From positions 120,885-184,884 of the IMG/VR virus record IMGVR_UViG_3300016657_000126: a stretch of DNA of 64,000 bases. The stretch is one strand, 5' to 3'. How positions within the stretch are numbered: the first letter of the stretch is position 1; every line of letters starts with the position of its first letter. The translations under genes and the position numbers were made by a program. Shown in pieces: positions 23,829-34,027 of this stretch. The notes below the pieces were generated by a model that was given only the letters and a program-made list of their open reading frames with translations, was not told where the DNA came from and made no database searches. Source of the DNA: a virus.

Positions 23829-25688
23829 ATGCTTGATTTATACCGGACCCTACAGGAGTCGGTCGAGCTTACGTCTCGACTAGAGAGCTTGGTGGGCGAG
23901 TTGGAGACGGCGGAACGCGCTGGAAACAAAACCATAGCGGCTTCGCGCATGCAGCAGATCATCTCCGTCTGTGACGGAAACTTCAGTCTGCTCACGCCGT
24001 TCTTCTTCCCCCGCTTCACCCGCGATTCGTCCGGAGAGAAGTGGGTCCCGCTGAGTTTGCTCAGCCGCCCGTTTCTGTTGGACCTCATGCGCCTGGCGCC
24101 GGGCGAGTCTCTGGTCATCCGCGGGTCGCGCCAGCTCGGTAAGACCGTTGCCATCGTCGCGCGTGCGCGGATGACGCAACAGCTGATGCCGGGCCACCGG
24201 ACGATGTATATCGCCCCTATGACTGAGCACATTAAAACATTTGCGCAGAAGTATCGCGAAATGGAGCGGTCTTTTCGCTATCCGGTGGTCGACCGAACGC
24301 TTAAACAGAATCTGTATTTCAAGGAGTATCCCGGAAACGGATCGCTCCAGATTCTTCGAATTCTCACGTCGGCCGGTGACGCGCGCGGTAAAACTGTCGA
24401 CGACCTGATATTCGACGAGTTTCAAGACTTCGACGCCGGGCTTCTCGGTGACGTGGAGCAGGTGCAGCGCGCATCTAAGTTCCGCACGACTATCTACAGC
24501 GGCACGTCCAAGACCATAGACACCGCGCTCGAGGTCGCATTCCAGGACTCCAGCCAAGGCTTCTACTTCGTTCGGTCTGGCGACGGAAAGACATACCTCA
24601 ACTGCGGCGATCCGGAGACGGTCGTAGCGATGGTGCAGAAGGACGGCCCCACATGTCCCATCACCGGCAAGATCCTCAACATGCTCGATGGATTTTTCGA
24701 GCATGCCTACCCGAGTCGCATCAAGGATGGGCGCAAGGGTCTCCACATTCCACAGATCATCGTAAACGACTTCGTCCACGATCCGCTGGAGTGGCAGTTC
24801 ATCTACGACACGCTCCGCAAGCGCGGCGTTAACAAGCTGCTGCAGGAGGTGATGGGCATTCCCATCGTCGAGGGTCTGCGCGAAATCACACTCCAGCATC
24901 TCCAGTCGATTTGTGTTCTAGGTGACCCGGCCGAACTTCGGAAACGCGCCAAAGCAGGCTTCTACCGCTTTATCGCTTCGGGAGTGGACTGGGGCGGCTC
25001 CGACTACAACCCGGCGGCGCGCACGAAACTCTCCTACACCGCGCACTGCATCATCGGTCAGCCGACCGAAGGGCCTCCGCACATCTTGTTCATGCGTAAG
25101 CACGCCGGCGTCGACTATCCCACGATAGCCGGGATGATTGCGAAGGACCATCGCGACTACTGCGCCACGGCCATGGCATCCGACTTCGGCGGCGGTGAGC
25201 TCTACCGCTACATCATGGGCCAGCAGGGCCAGATCAACCCAGCGCGCCACCTGGTCTTCCAGTATCAGGGCCCTGAGCAACCGATGGTATCCAAGCTGAA
25301 CACGGCGCTGCTCAACACATTCGGCCTCAACCGCACGGAGAGCATCACGCGCCTGTTCAGCTCGGTGCGCGACTATCCGCAGGATCTGCTCTGCTACGAC
25401 TGGGACAAGGCATCGGACGATCTGAAGGACTTCCTCAACCTTTACCGCATTCCTTCCGACTCGATCGGTGGAAAAGATTTCTTCACCTATCGACGTCACG
25501 GCGCTTTTCCGGACGACATGCTGCACGCCACCAACTTCGCCTACACGCTCATCCGTCTGATGCGCGGCGAGCCGATGGCGCGCGACCCGATGGTCCAACG
25601 CATGCTGATCGACGCCGCTGGCACCGGCGCGCCGATCATCTCTCCGATCCCTGGAATGATCCGCGGCGCGCGGCCGATGTCCGGCTAA
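23829..25688 (+). CDS. terL: terminase large subunit
   Basis: Likely ATG at 23829; RGSRQLGKT Walker A, LIFDEFQD Walker B, SGT motif III, GVDWG nuclease, PDDMLHA. Confidence 0.88.
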   Translation: MLDLYRTLQESVELTSRLESLVGELETAERAGNKTIAASRMQQIISVCDGNFSLLTPFFFPRFTRDSSGEKWVPLSLLSRPFLLDLMRLAPGESLVIRGSRQLGKTVAIVARARMTQQLMPGHRTMYIAPMTEHIKTFAQKYREMERSFRYPVVDRTLKQNLYFKEYPGNGSLQILRILTSAGDARGKTVDDLIFDEFQDFDAGLLGDVEQVQRASKFRTTIYSGTSKTIDTALEVAFQDSSQGFYFVRSGDGKTYLNCGDPETVVAMVQKDGPTCPITGKILNMLDGFFEHAYPSRIKDGRKGLHIPQIIVNDFVHDPLEWQFIYDTLRKRGVNKLLQEVMGIPIVEGLREITLQHLQSICVLGDPAELRKRAKAGFYRFIASGVDWGGSDYNPAARTKLSYTAHCIIGQPTEGPPHILFMRKHAGVDYPTIAGMIAKDHRDYCATAMASDFGGGELYRYIMGQQGQINPARHLVFQYQGPEQPMVSKLNTALLNTFGLNRTESITRLFSSVRDYPQDLLCYDWDKASDDLKDFLNLYRIPSDSIGGKDFFTYRRHGAFPDDMLHATNFAYTLIRLMRGEPMARDPMVQRMLIDAAGTGAPIISPIPGMIRGARPMSG

Positions 25689-25972
25689 AACCTGGAACGC
25701 TTCATCGCGCGGTTGTAGGCGTGATAGAGCACGCCATGCACGCGCTCGTTCAGCCGCACGAGGTCCACCTGGCCGATTAGCGCCGTGTGGAGCATGTCGT
25801 TCGGAGCCTCCATCAACCGGCGCGCGGCCTCGGCCAGCACGTTGCCGGTCACCGGCGCTGTCGTCGCGGGTATCGTAACCTGCACCTGCGCACCGGGCGG
25901 AAGGTCCAGCGTCACGCGCTGCGAGAAATCCAGCACCGTCTGTCCCGGCGCATCGGTCCGCTTACGTGGCAT
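25685..25972 (-). CDS. hypothetical protein
   Basis: 95 aa ORF converging on terL. Confidence 0.55.
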   Translation of the reverse strand: MPRKRTDAPGQTVLDFSQRVTLDLPPGAQVQVTIPATTAPVTGNVLAEAARRLMEAPNDMLHTALIGQVDLVRLNERVHGVLYHAYNRAMKRSRF

Positions 25973-26102
25973 GTTGCTTCCGGAGCGCAGCCACGAACTG
26001 GCTCATGCTCGGGTCGCGGTGGACTTCAGCCACCTTTGCCAACTCTCTGTCCAGCTTGACGTCTTTTGGCGATCTGGCGCCGGTCACGTCCAGAATGTCC
26101 AT
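25962..26102 (-). CDS. small hypothetical protein
   Basis: MDILDVTG... 46 aa filling the gap and coupled to the next gene. Confidence 0.35.
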   Translation of the reverse strand: MDILDVTGARSPKDVKLDRELAKVAEVHRDPSMSQFVAALRKQHAT

Positions 26103-26145
26103 CTGAGCATCGATACGATGCAAATCACGGCGAGGTGCGCCGCGC

Positions 26146-26745
26146 TTAGGTTTCGACACGCTTAAACTCTTTTTGAATTTCGCTGCGGGGAACTCCCAAC
26201 AGCATGAGATCTTTTTCCAGCTGAGCGCGCTGATCGCGCATGAACAACTTGAGGTCGTTGGCGGCCTCAATACCCATGCCGCTCTCTTTGTAGGCGAGAA
26301 TGATCTCTCGCATGACACGCTCGTCAAAGTCCGCTTCTTCGTCTTCCTCGCGCAGCAACGCCGCGCAAAAAATTGCCCACTGAATCTCTTCCCAAGAGGC
26401 CCGGTCCACGGACAGATCTGCACCGAAATCAGGCATACCCTGCGTGAGGGTGATGGCAGTTGCGTGCAGGGCGTGGGGGACCTCGAAAAATGCGTCGGTG
26501 CCGACGAGTGTCACCATAGCCTGTAGCTTGGCCTCGGTGTCCTCCGGCAATTTCAGACCAAACTTTTCCTCGAGCAGCGCGTAGACCTCGAGCATCTCGG
26601 CTTCTTCGCCATGCAGCGCCTCTGCGCCCAGCGCATGAATCGCCAGGACGTATATCGCCACCGCCTCGGAGTCCGGGTCGCTGAGAATTTTGCGCGCGTC
26701 CGCCGAAGTGTAGCGCAGCTCGAAGAGCTCGCTTTCGGCGGTCAT
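26146..26745 (-). CDS. hypothetical acidic protein
   Basis: 199 aa with ATGA coupling. Confidence 0.65.
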   Translation of the reverse strand: MTAESELFELRYTSADARKILSDPDSEAVAIYVLAIHALGAEALHGEEAEMLEVYALLEEKFGLKLPEDTEAKLQAMVTLVGTDAFFEVPHALHATAITLTQGMPDFGADLSVDRASWEEIQWAIFCAALLREEDEEADFDERVMREIILAYKESGMGIEAANDLKLFMRDQRAQLEKDLMLLGVPRSEIQKEFKRVET

Positions 26746-27794
26746 TGCGTGAGAGCGAGCACCGTGCGGAGCAAGCGCTGCTGCGTCTCGAACGGCTGGG
26801 CGATGAGCGTGATGTTCGGATCTTGGTCGGCGCTGGCCGCGGCCTTGATGACCGTCTCGAGGATGGCGGCGTCACCGGCGCGAAGCTGCTGCTTTGCGCG
26901 GTTCACGTCGATGGAGCCTACTACTGCGCGCGGGACCAGCGTATGCGAGCCGAGCTTGTCGAACAGCACGAACTCACGCGCGGCCTTCACGACAAGCTCG
27001 CGAGGCGCGCCGCCGAAAAGAACCCCGTAGGGTGTGCCATGATCGCGCGGACGCTGAGCATTGAGCGTGGCGTCGAGCTGATCCCAGGCGGCTACGAGCA
27101 GGTCGCGCTCGGCCAGCGAAGCGTGAGGGGCTGCGTCGATGAGGCTCGCGTAGGCCGTCTTCAGCTCGGGGCTGGCATTTGCCGGAATGTGGATGCGCGC
27201 GTTGTCCGCGTCGCACTCCCGGACGACGCCGGCCTCGTAAATGGCTTTCGGCAGGTTTTCCACGCCGTGCTCGGCCGCGGCCTTGACGATCTCCCGGGCC
27301 GCCTGGCCGAAGAGGGGGACCGGCAGTGCGCCGCTGAAAAAGTCCGACGCGCAGCAGGCAGCCGCAAACGAGATGTCCTCGCGGCAGGTGATCGGATAGG
27401 CTTCGATGTCGGGACCCGACGCGCTCTTCACCAGCAATGCCACGCGGGGGCGGGCAGGCTCGGCGGCCGCGCTCTTCACCTGCGCCTTCGCGAAGAGCGG
27501 CTCGTAATGCGCGAGCTCCGCGGTGAGGTCGTGGGCGGCGGCCGCTTTGTTAAAGCGCTCGAGGACCTCCGGATCCTTTCCGCCGCGACCGCGATAATGA
27601 AGTGAGCCGAAGAACACGAGCTCGCGGCTGGTGAGCGGATACTCTCGATTCTGCACGTCGGCAAAAGCGGAGCTGTGCGTCCCGGCGAACTTCTCGACAC
27701 CCGGAATTTCGAACGCCCCGAGTTCGTCCGACCACGGGCGGAAGGCAAAGGCTTCCCCCAGCACCACGGGGTGATTGTCGCGTAGAATGTCCAT
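26742..27794 (-). CDS. hypothetical, probable head-associated protein (K-x-A motifs)
   Basis: 350 aa with EKFA, NKAA, VKSA (x2), VKAA, LKTA and IKAA. Confidence 0.6.
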   Translation of the reverse strand: MDILRDNHPVVLGEAFAFRPWSDELGAFEIPGVEKFAGTHSSAFADVQNREYPLTSRELVFFGSLHYRGRGGKDPEVLERFNKAAAAHDLTAELAHYEPLFAKAQVKSAAAEPARPRVALLVKSASGPDIEAYPITCREDISFAAACCASDFFSGALPVPLFGQAAREIVKAAAEHGVENLPKAIYEAGVVRECDADNARIHIPANASPELKTAYASLIDAAPHASLAERDLLVAAWDQLDATLNAQRPRDHGTPYGVLFGGAPRELVVKAAREFVLFDKLGSHTLVPRAVVGSIDVNRAKQQLRAGDAAILETVIKAAASADQDPNITLIAQPFETQQRLLRTVLALTQ

Positions 27795-27936
27795 TGCCTA
27801 AAAGAACCAAGCCAGCTTACCTCGGTCAAGGTTCGGCACACCCACACCCTGATGGCTAAAAAGAAGAAATCCTCGAACAGCCCTTTGGCTGCTCATTAAA
27901 ATATACCACAAAACGGGGTTCCGTTGCACGGGGTCT

Positions 27937-30402
27937 ATGTCGCGCCTTTCAGTAATAACTCAGCACAATCTGTCGCCTGCGGCCATGGTCGGGGCCCTGG
28001 GTATGTCATGTCGCCGGGTCGAAGGGCGCCTGATGACATCGTGCCCGGCTTGCGAATCTCCGATGGAGGTAGGCGCCAGGGGGTTCGTTTGCTCCGGCAC
28101 CAAGTGCCTGTTCTGGACCGGTGACAGTCTCGACCTGGCGGCTCACGTTCTCGGTTCTTATGAGCAGGCGTTGGACGTCGCGCGCACGCTGATACCAAAT
28201 TGGGTCACTGCCCAGGAACAGGGACGTGCTTGGCAAGACATCCGTCGCGAACAAGCCGAGGATCTGCGGCGCCTGCGCGCGGTGACCGATTTCCTTATCC
28301 AGCGCGCGGACCAGCCGGTGACCATGGCACGCAATCACGCGCGGATGATGTGCCGCAAACACATGATGGATCCTCAGTCGATGCCGCGCGCGATATACGC
28401 GCTGACGGCATCCGAGGCCCGCGAGCTTTACTTGCTGTTCGGAAAAGTGGTTCCCCAACCCGAGGCGCCTGGCGAATACAATTACGCCGCGCTGGTTTTC
28501 TTCCGCGACCCGTATCGAATCTGTAAGGTGCAACTATTTCCGCTCGTAGGCGGAACACGCCCGATTCGGTTCATCACGTTTTCACTTTTCCCGAGCCGCT
28601 TTTCTTTCCTCGGGCTGCATGATCTGGTGCAGCGCGATCGCGCTATTCTTTACCAGAACTACCTGCTGGCTGTGCGGGAGAATTTCAGCCACGTGCTCGG
28701 ATGCAAGGGCAACCGACTGGGTGTTAGTTTGGACACCACGTGCAGCAACAAGGTCGAGTGGCCTAAGGCGCATGCAATGGTGGTGGATGCCGACTCGGAG
28801 CCGCTGATAACCGCGCTCGGCATAGCGCAGCGCGAATGCGCGATGGGCGTCATTGTCCGGGATGAAGGGACGGAGCTTCCGTTCATGTCCTGGGATCAGT
28901 TCATCGTGCGTTGGCTGCTGGACAAGATCGCGGCGGCTCCAGACCCGGCAGTGTGGATGGGGTGGTTGGACTCAGCATGCCTGACGCCGGACATGCGCGC
29001 TAAAGTTCTGCTGCGCGCTCGGAACGAGCTCAGTCTTTCGCTCTTCCATCGAATCACAGACCTCTTCGGAAACCGCGCTATTCACCAGGAAGACCGCGTG
29101 ACGCTGATGGAGGCGAACGACGTCTACTTCGCAAAGCGGCGCGCCGGCGCCACGGAAGACCAGCGGATCGAAGTAGCGAACTTCACGATCACGCTCACGC
29201 GCAACATCCACTTCCGCGACTCCGGCGATACCTACCACGAAGGGGAGATTCGCTGCGCCGGCGAGACCTACTTGGCTCGGATTTCTGCGCAGGCGTCGGA
29301 CAATCTATCGCAGCTTGAGTCCGAGATCCGGACCGCTGTGATGCGCGGCGCGTCGCCGCACTCGCAGAAGATCCTGCCCGTCATTCGAGAGAAGAATCTG
29401 GCGAAGATGATCCTCACCGTGCTGAGGAACCAGATGGCCTCTCTTCCGTCGATCGAGGGCATCAGCCGCCTTGGCTGGTCCGTCCGCGTCGGCGACAAGC
29501 TGCGCCAGCAATTCTTCCAGGCCCCCGACTGGGTGGTGACCGCGGACGGCGTGACCGACCACGACGCCATCCTTCACCCGGACACCATTCCAGCCGTTTT
29601 CGGTTCTTCGAGTGTAGAGGACGCAGAAGCACTTCAGGCGGTGCCGAGCGATCTCTGCTCGCTGACCGCGCGCATCGTGGCAACCATCGCCCGCGGCGGC
29701 CTGAACGAACCGCTGCGCCCGCTGCTTTATTCCGACGGTATGACCACGCGCGCGGCCCTGCTCAAGGCCTTCTCGGTCCTCGGGCAGCGCGAGGTGTTCG
29801 ACCTATCGTTCGGAGGGCAGGGCGGGCGCCAACTGGAGTTTCTCCGTGCCTTCCCTGTCGTGATCTCCGGGCTGAATGTCAGCCAGGTGTCGCGCGTCAC
29901 TCAGCCAATTTTCGTGATCGGTGATGGGCCTGCGATTACGTCCGAAGTGCCCGCTGGCTACGTCGGATTTCTTCGTGAAGCGGTGCGGTCAACGGTGCTC
30001 TGGGTGATGTCTGGCGCCGAGGGTTACCAACGCGCGCCGGCCGTCCTCTACGAGGAGCAACTGGAACGGGAAGGGGAGTTCATCATCCGGAAGGTGATGG
30101 GGCGCACCGGTTGGCCTGGCAGCTCGCGCAGTTTCCAGAACCTCGAGCGCTGGCTGTCCGGCGCAACTGCCGATCAGCTCGAGCAGATCCTCATGCTCGA
30201 CGCGCAGACACATATGGTCGCGCTACCGCCGGCGGCCTCTACCCCGGAGATCGAGATCGAGTGCCGCGCCCGCGCCAATCACGTCGAACGCCGCGGAGAC
30301 TCGCTGCACGTCGACGCGGCTTCCCTGCAGGGATGGTTGCTGATGTTCTACGGCCGCGACCTGAAAGTCCGCGTGACTAACCTGCCGGTTATTCCGCAGT
30401 GA
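27937..30402 (+). CDS. large protein with N-terminal primase-type (CHC2-like) zinc finger
   Basis: CPAC...CSGTKC..TGDSLDL....SYEQAL; no Walker A recognised. Confidence 0.6.
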   Translation: MSRLSVITQHNLSPAAMVGALGMSCRRVEGRLMTSCPACESPMEVGARGFVCSGTKCLFWTGDSLDLAAHVLGSYEQALDVARTLIPNWVTAQEQGRAWQDIRREQAEDLRRLRAVTDFLIQRADQPVTMARNHARMMCRKHMMDPQSMPRAIYALTASEARELYLLFGKVVPQPEAPGEYNYAALVFFRDPYRICKVQLFPLVGGTRPIRFITFSLFPSRFSFLGLHDLVQRDRAILYQNYLLAVRENFSHVLGCKGNRLGVSLDTTCSNKVEWPKAHAMVVDADSEPLITALGIAQRECAMGVIVRDEGTELPFMSWDQFIVRWLLDKIAAAPDPAVWMGWLDSACLTPDMRAKVLLRARNELSLSLFHRITDLFGNRAIHQEDRVTLMEANDVYFAKRRAGATEDQRIEVANFTITLTRNIHFRDSGDTYHEGEIRCAGETYLARISAQASDNLSQLESEIRTAVMRGASPHSQKILPVIREKNLAKMILTVLRNQMASLPSIEGISRLGWSVRVGDKLRQQFFQAPDWVVTADGVTDHDAILHPDTIPAVFGSSSVEDAEALQAVPSDLCSLTARIVATIARGGLNEPLRPLLYSDGMTTRAALLKAFSVLGQREVFDLSFGGQGGRQLEFLRAFPVVISGLNVSQVSRVTQPIFVIGDGPAITSEVPAGYVGFLREAVRSTVLWVMSGAEGYQRAPAVLYEEQLEREGEFIIRKVMGRTGWPGSSRSFQNLERWLSGATADQLEQILMLDAQTHMVALPPAASTPEIEIECRARANHVERRGDSLHVDAASLQGWLLMFYGRDLKVRVTNLPVIPQ

Positions 30403-30742
30403 CGTCCACCGTCTGCCGGATGACGCGCTCGAAAACGCGGCGCTCCGGTGTGGTGATTCGAATGCGCATGTCTCCGCGAATCGCCTTCGTGGCGATGACG
30501 TCGGCGTAGCCGCGCACACGGAGCTTATCGCCCGAGCGGTCGAGGAAATTCTCGATGAGCGGAACAACCACGATGAAGTCGACGGAACCCCCGATACCGA
30601 CGCGCTGCAACGACTCAATGCGCGCATCAGGAGCCATATCCAAGTCGAACACCCACGAGCCGTCGCTCTGAGCGAGGATGACCTTGTCAGCGTTCGGTGT
30701 GTCGTGGTTTCCGAATCCGGGAAGAACGAATGGAGTGTTCAC
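30389..30742 (-). CDS. hypothetical protein
   Basis: 117 aa, coupled; GTG start. Confidence 0.55.
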   Translation of the reverse strand: MNTPFVLPGFGNHDTPNADKVILAQSDGSWVFDLDMAPDARIESLQRVGIGGSVDFIVVVPLIENFLDRSGDKLRVRGYADVIATKAIRGDMRIRITTPERRVFERVIRQTVDVTAE

Positions 30743-31119
30743 TGAAAAACATGGGAGGTTATGGAACCTCCGGCAGCCAGCTGCGCGCGGGCGTTATCCA
30801 CCAGGTCCTGCACGTCGTCGGCGATCGCCGTCCATACATCCATCGCCTCCTGCTCGCTCCGCAGCAGGAGCGTGACGCTGGGTTGGCGGTAGAACGGGCG
30901 CTCGACCTGCGCGGCGAGCCCCAGCTCGTCGATCTGGCTCAGACTGCACACGGCGCTGAATAGGTCGTTGTGTGATCCGTCGGCGGCCGTCGGACCGGCG
31001 TTCGCGTGAAAGACGAAAATCGAATTGCTCCACCCGGCGGGCGCGACCGTGCAGTCCAGCTTCAGCTGAACCATGTTCTGCGCCGGTAGGGGAGTGATCT
31101 GTTTTGAGACGGTGATCAT
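30739..31119 (-). CDS. hypothetical, probable virion protein
   Basis: 126 aa, TGATG coupling within the baseplate operon. Confidence 0.6.
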   Translation of the reverse strand: MITVSKQITPLPAQNMVQLKLDCTVAPAGWSNSIFVFHANAGPTAADGSHNDLFSAVCSLSQIDELGLAAQVERPFYRQPSVTLLLRSEQEAMDVWTAIADDVQDLVDNARAQLAAGGSITSHVFQ

Positions 31120-32369
31120 CAGACGTCCGTTGAGAAATTAACCGTCATTCCGTGGTGTGAGTGCAACTTTGCCGCGCGCTTAATCTTCTCGCGCCGCTCA
31201 TCGCCGAGTCCGCGGTCCACCACCACGCACAGCTTCGATCCGTGCCCGAGGTTGCGCAGCCAGAACTCGAACCCTGGGCGGTAGTAGGTGTTGCCTGCGG
31301 TCATCCCAGCCAACGTCGACCAGTAACGCCCCGTGCTCACCTGCAGCGCGTCGGCCCAGGACCAGAACGCCTCGGTGGCAGCGCCGAAGTCGGCGCGTAG
31401 CTTCGCCGCCGGCGCCGGCCAGGAAGGGGCCGACGCGGTGAACTTCAGCGTGGCGTGCCCGAACTCTGCGGCTACAGATCGAAGAGGGCGAATGGGGTCC
31501 ATCATACCCAGTGGCTGCCACCAAGCGCCGGACGACGGAAACACGACCTCCGCCACACCCTCCACGCACTGTGTGGCTGCGACATCCCCTAGAGTAGGCG
31601 TCGTCGCGGGAATCACGCGCCCGTCCTCCAGAACGGCCAGCCAGCCTTGGCGCGTCTCGAATTTGTCGACCACGCGCACGGGCCCCGGAGTAAGGCCGGC
31701 GGCGACAAGAAGGGCGCGCGCAAAGTCGCTGCGCTCGCCGGTGTGCTGCCATCGGGCTCCGGCCGCCCCAGCCGGCCCCCACACCTGCGAAAGAAGGTTT
31801 GCCGCCTTCCGACGAACACGCTCGACGATGATGCAGGAGTTCGGGAATAGGGCGCGCGGCGATTTACGGAACGCCAGCGCCCCGTCGAGAACCCAAAATT
31901 CCTGCTGGTTGACCAGCGCGCGCGACCCGGAGAACAACACATCGGGAGCCGGCCCTTCCCAAGGAACCATCCAAAAGCCCCCGTGACGCAGACCGTCCGG
32001 AAGCGGGTCTCCTGCCTGTTTGTCGTAGAGGTAGCTACCCACCTGCACACCGGACGCCTGGGGATCCAGCACCGGCCGGGCGCGCACAAGCTGCCCGGGC
32101 TCTATGGCGACATAGCCCTGCGCGATCGTCTTCGGTCCGACGAAGGCGACGTCGTTCTGGCTGAATCGAACGCGCTCGTGCGCCATCTCGTATTCGTCCT
32201 CTCCGACCGAGGCCATGAGCGCGTTCAGCTGCCCTTCCACGGAGCTCCTCACCACCGCCTGATGCAGCGCCATCAGCGGAGCGCGGTCCGCCGGATTCAG
32301 GTTGCGGGTGTAGAATGTTCCCGCGACGGTCAGCGCGCGGCGATGAACGGCGAGCGAGCTCAGGTTCAT
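31119..32369 (-). CDS. putative baseplate wedge protein
   Basis: Follows the baseplate J-like gene; positional call. Confidence 0.45.
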   Translation of the reverse strand: MNLSSLAVHRRALTVAGTFYTRNLNPADRAPLMALHQAVVRSSVEGQLNALMASVGEDEYEMAHERVRFSQNDVAFVGPKTIAQGYVAIEPGQLVRARPVLDPQASGVQVGSYLYDKQAGDPLPDGLRHGGFWMVPWEGPAPDVLFSGSRALVNQQEFWVLDGALAFRKSPRALFPNSCIIVERVRRKAANLLSQVWGPAGAAGARWQHTGERSDFARALLVAAGLTPGPVRVVDKFETRQGWLAVLEDGRVIPATTPTLGDVAATQCVEGVAEVVFPSSGAWWQPLGMMDPIRPLRSVAAEFGHATLKFTASAPSWPAPAAKLRADFGAATEAFWSWADALQVSTGRYWSTLAGMTAGNTYYRPGFEFWLRNLGHGSKLCVVVDRGLGDERREKIKRAAKLHSHHGMTVNFSTDV

Positions 32370-34027
32370 GCGCGGGACTCCTTGAAGACGACGGATGATT
32401 GCTCGACGATGAGACCGCGATTCTCCGGGCCGATAGCGCAGAACTTCGCGGGATCGGCGAACGTGCCGACGTCTTCATAGCTGTCCTCTCCGACGAGCTC
32501 CACCGAGATAGGGAGGACCGCCGCCGCGGCGACTGCCGTCGGATTCGTCATATCCACGCCCACGGGGACGTGCGCTTTTGCCGCGGAGAAGATGGCCTTC
32601 GCCGTGATCCTGACTCGAGTCAGCTCGAAGGCGCCGGAGTTGCGCATCAATGCGCTGATCTTCGCCAGGCTAAACCGGCGGTCGCCTCCCAGCGAATTAA
32701 GATACTCGGCGATGTCTTCCCGCGCCGCCTGCAGCGCGAGCTCGACGCCGGCCTGTCGGATGAACCCAACCTCGACCTCGCTGCAGATAAACGGAATCAG
32801 GGGGCGAACGTAGGTCGGGTTGATCGGGCGGTTCGCGCGACTGGAAAGGAAGCGCCGAACGGTATCGGCCGTGGGGTCGGTCCAGTAGACGACCTCGAAA
32901 TACCCGATGAGGTCGCTGCCGACCGGCGTGGGGATGATAACTGCGGCGCCGCCAGAGCGCGGCATGGGCACGCCGATGGAAAATGTCTCTTCGCCCGAGA
33001 AGCCAGAAAGGAACAGCGGATAGTCCCCGGTCGCCTGCGCGTAGATGTTCACCGCCGCGTCGTCGGCGTCGAACGTGTAGGCGCTGTGGACGAGTTGGCG
33101 GATTCGAACCGGCGCGGCCGCCGGCGACCACACGCCGTAGAAACGGTCGGTGCCCGCGGAATACTTGAGCCCGACGATCTCGCGAACCTCGACATAGGGC
33201 TGGCGCCCGCGCACGTGAACGCCGACCTGGCCGGGCTCGAGGAGGTAGGTGTCGTCGACAGCGCTGACCACGCCGACCGTGGAGATCTCCGAGAATCGAC
33301 GCAGGAGCGTGGACACGGTGCCGAGACGTGTCTCGAGAGTCTGCGGCGCCAGCGTCTGACGGATCCGAGCAGCTTGCTGGGCGAGCGTGGGCGCGGTATC
33401 GCCGGCGAAGAAGTCGGTGGCGGCTTCCGCGCGGACGAGATTCGCCAGCGTCTCAGAGATGGCGGGCTGCGTTCCGGCCGTCGGCGGATTCGAGCTGGCT
33501 GTGCCGACAAGGGGTAGCAGAACCTCCCACCCCTCGGCGACCGCGCGATACAGGTAGCGGTCGCCGTCGGCGCTGGGAACCTCGGAAAGCGTGATGGTGC
33601 GGCGGTCGCTGAACATCTGCGGGCTGAACACCTGATCCGCGCCGAAAGAGAACTGGATCGAGCGATCGATCAGCCGCGTGGTGGGAGTGCTGAACACCAG
33701 CCGGACGAAACCGCGAGACGGAAGGAACGTCTGCTGGTCGACTCCGAAGTTGGCCATGAAGGCGCGCGCGATGTCGCAGCTGTAGACCACACCGCGCTCC
33801 ACGTTGCCCGGATTGAGGTCTGAGTTGTAGCGGCGCGCGGCCTCCTCCAGACACGCCAGAAACTCGCCCAGAGGCGTGACCAGATTGTCGCCGGCGACGG
33901 AGTTCGGGCGCGTGTCGATGTTCGGGTGATACGTCGCGAACCAGGCCACGATGCGGTCGCGTGCGTCCACGCGCGTATCGGCGGGAAGCTCGTCCGGCGC
34001 GGGGAAGTATTCGTTGATGAAGTCCAT
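32366..34027 (-). CDS. baseplate J-like wedge protein
   Basis: HPNIDTRPNSVAGDNLVTP, SRGFVRLVFS, and a C-terminal 'IAEYLNSLGG' pattern. Confidence 0.65.
   Translation of the reverse strand: MDFINEYFPAPDELPADTRVDARDRIVAWFATYHPNIDTRPNSVAGDNLVTPLGEFLACLEEAARRYNSDLNPGNVERGVVYSCDIARAFMANFGVDQQTFLPSRGFVRLVFSTPTTRLIDRSIQFSFGADQVFSPQMFSDRRTITLSEVPSADGDRYLYRAVAEGWEVLLPLVGTASSNPPTAGTQPAISETLANLVRAEAATDFFAGDTAPTLAQQAARIRQTLAPQTLETRLGTVSTLLRRFSEISTVGVVSAVDDTYLLEPGQVGVHVRGRQPYVEVREIVGLKYSAGTDRFYGVWSPAAAPVRIRQLVHSAYTFDADDAAVNIYAQATGDYPLFLSGFSGEETFSIGVPMPRSGGAAVIIPTPVGSDLIGYFEVVYWTDPTADTVRRFLSSRANRPINPTYVRPLIPFICSEVEVGFIRQAGVELALQAAREDIAEYLNSLGGDRRFSLAKISALMRNSGAFELTRVRITAKAIFSAAKAHVPVGVDMTNPTAVAAAAVLPISVELVGEDSYEDVGTFADPAKFCAIGPENRGLIVEQSSVVFKESRA

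Noticed and set aside
24039-24045. AAGTGGG in terL, and CCCACTT on + at about 766, 2413 and 11666, as extra sRNA targets
   Set aside because: All read AAGTGGG (Lys-Trp codons) in the mRNA, i.e. the same sense as the RNA, and lie inside CDSs.
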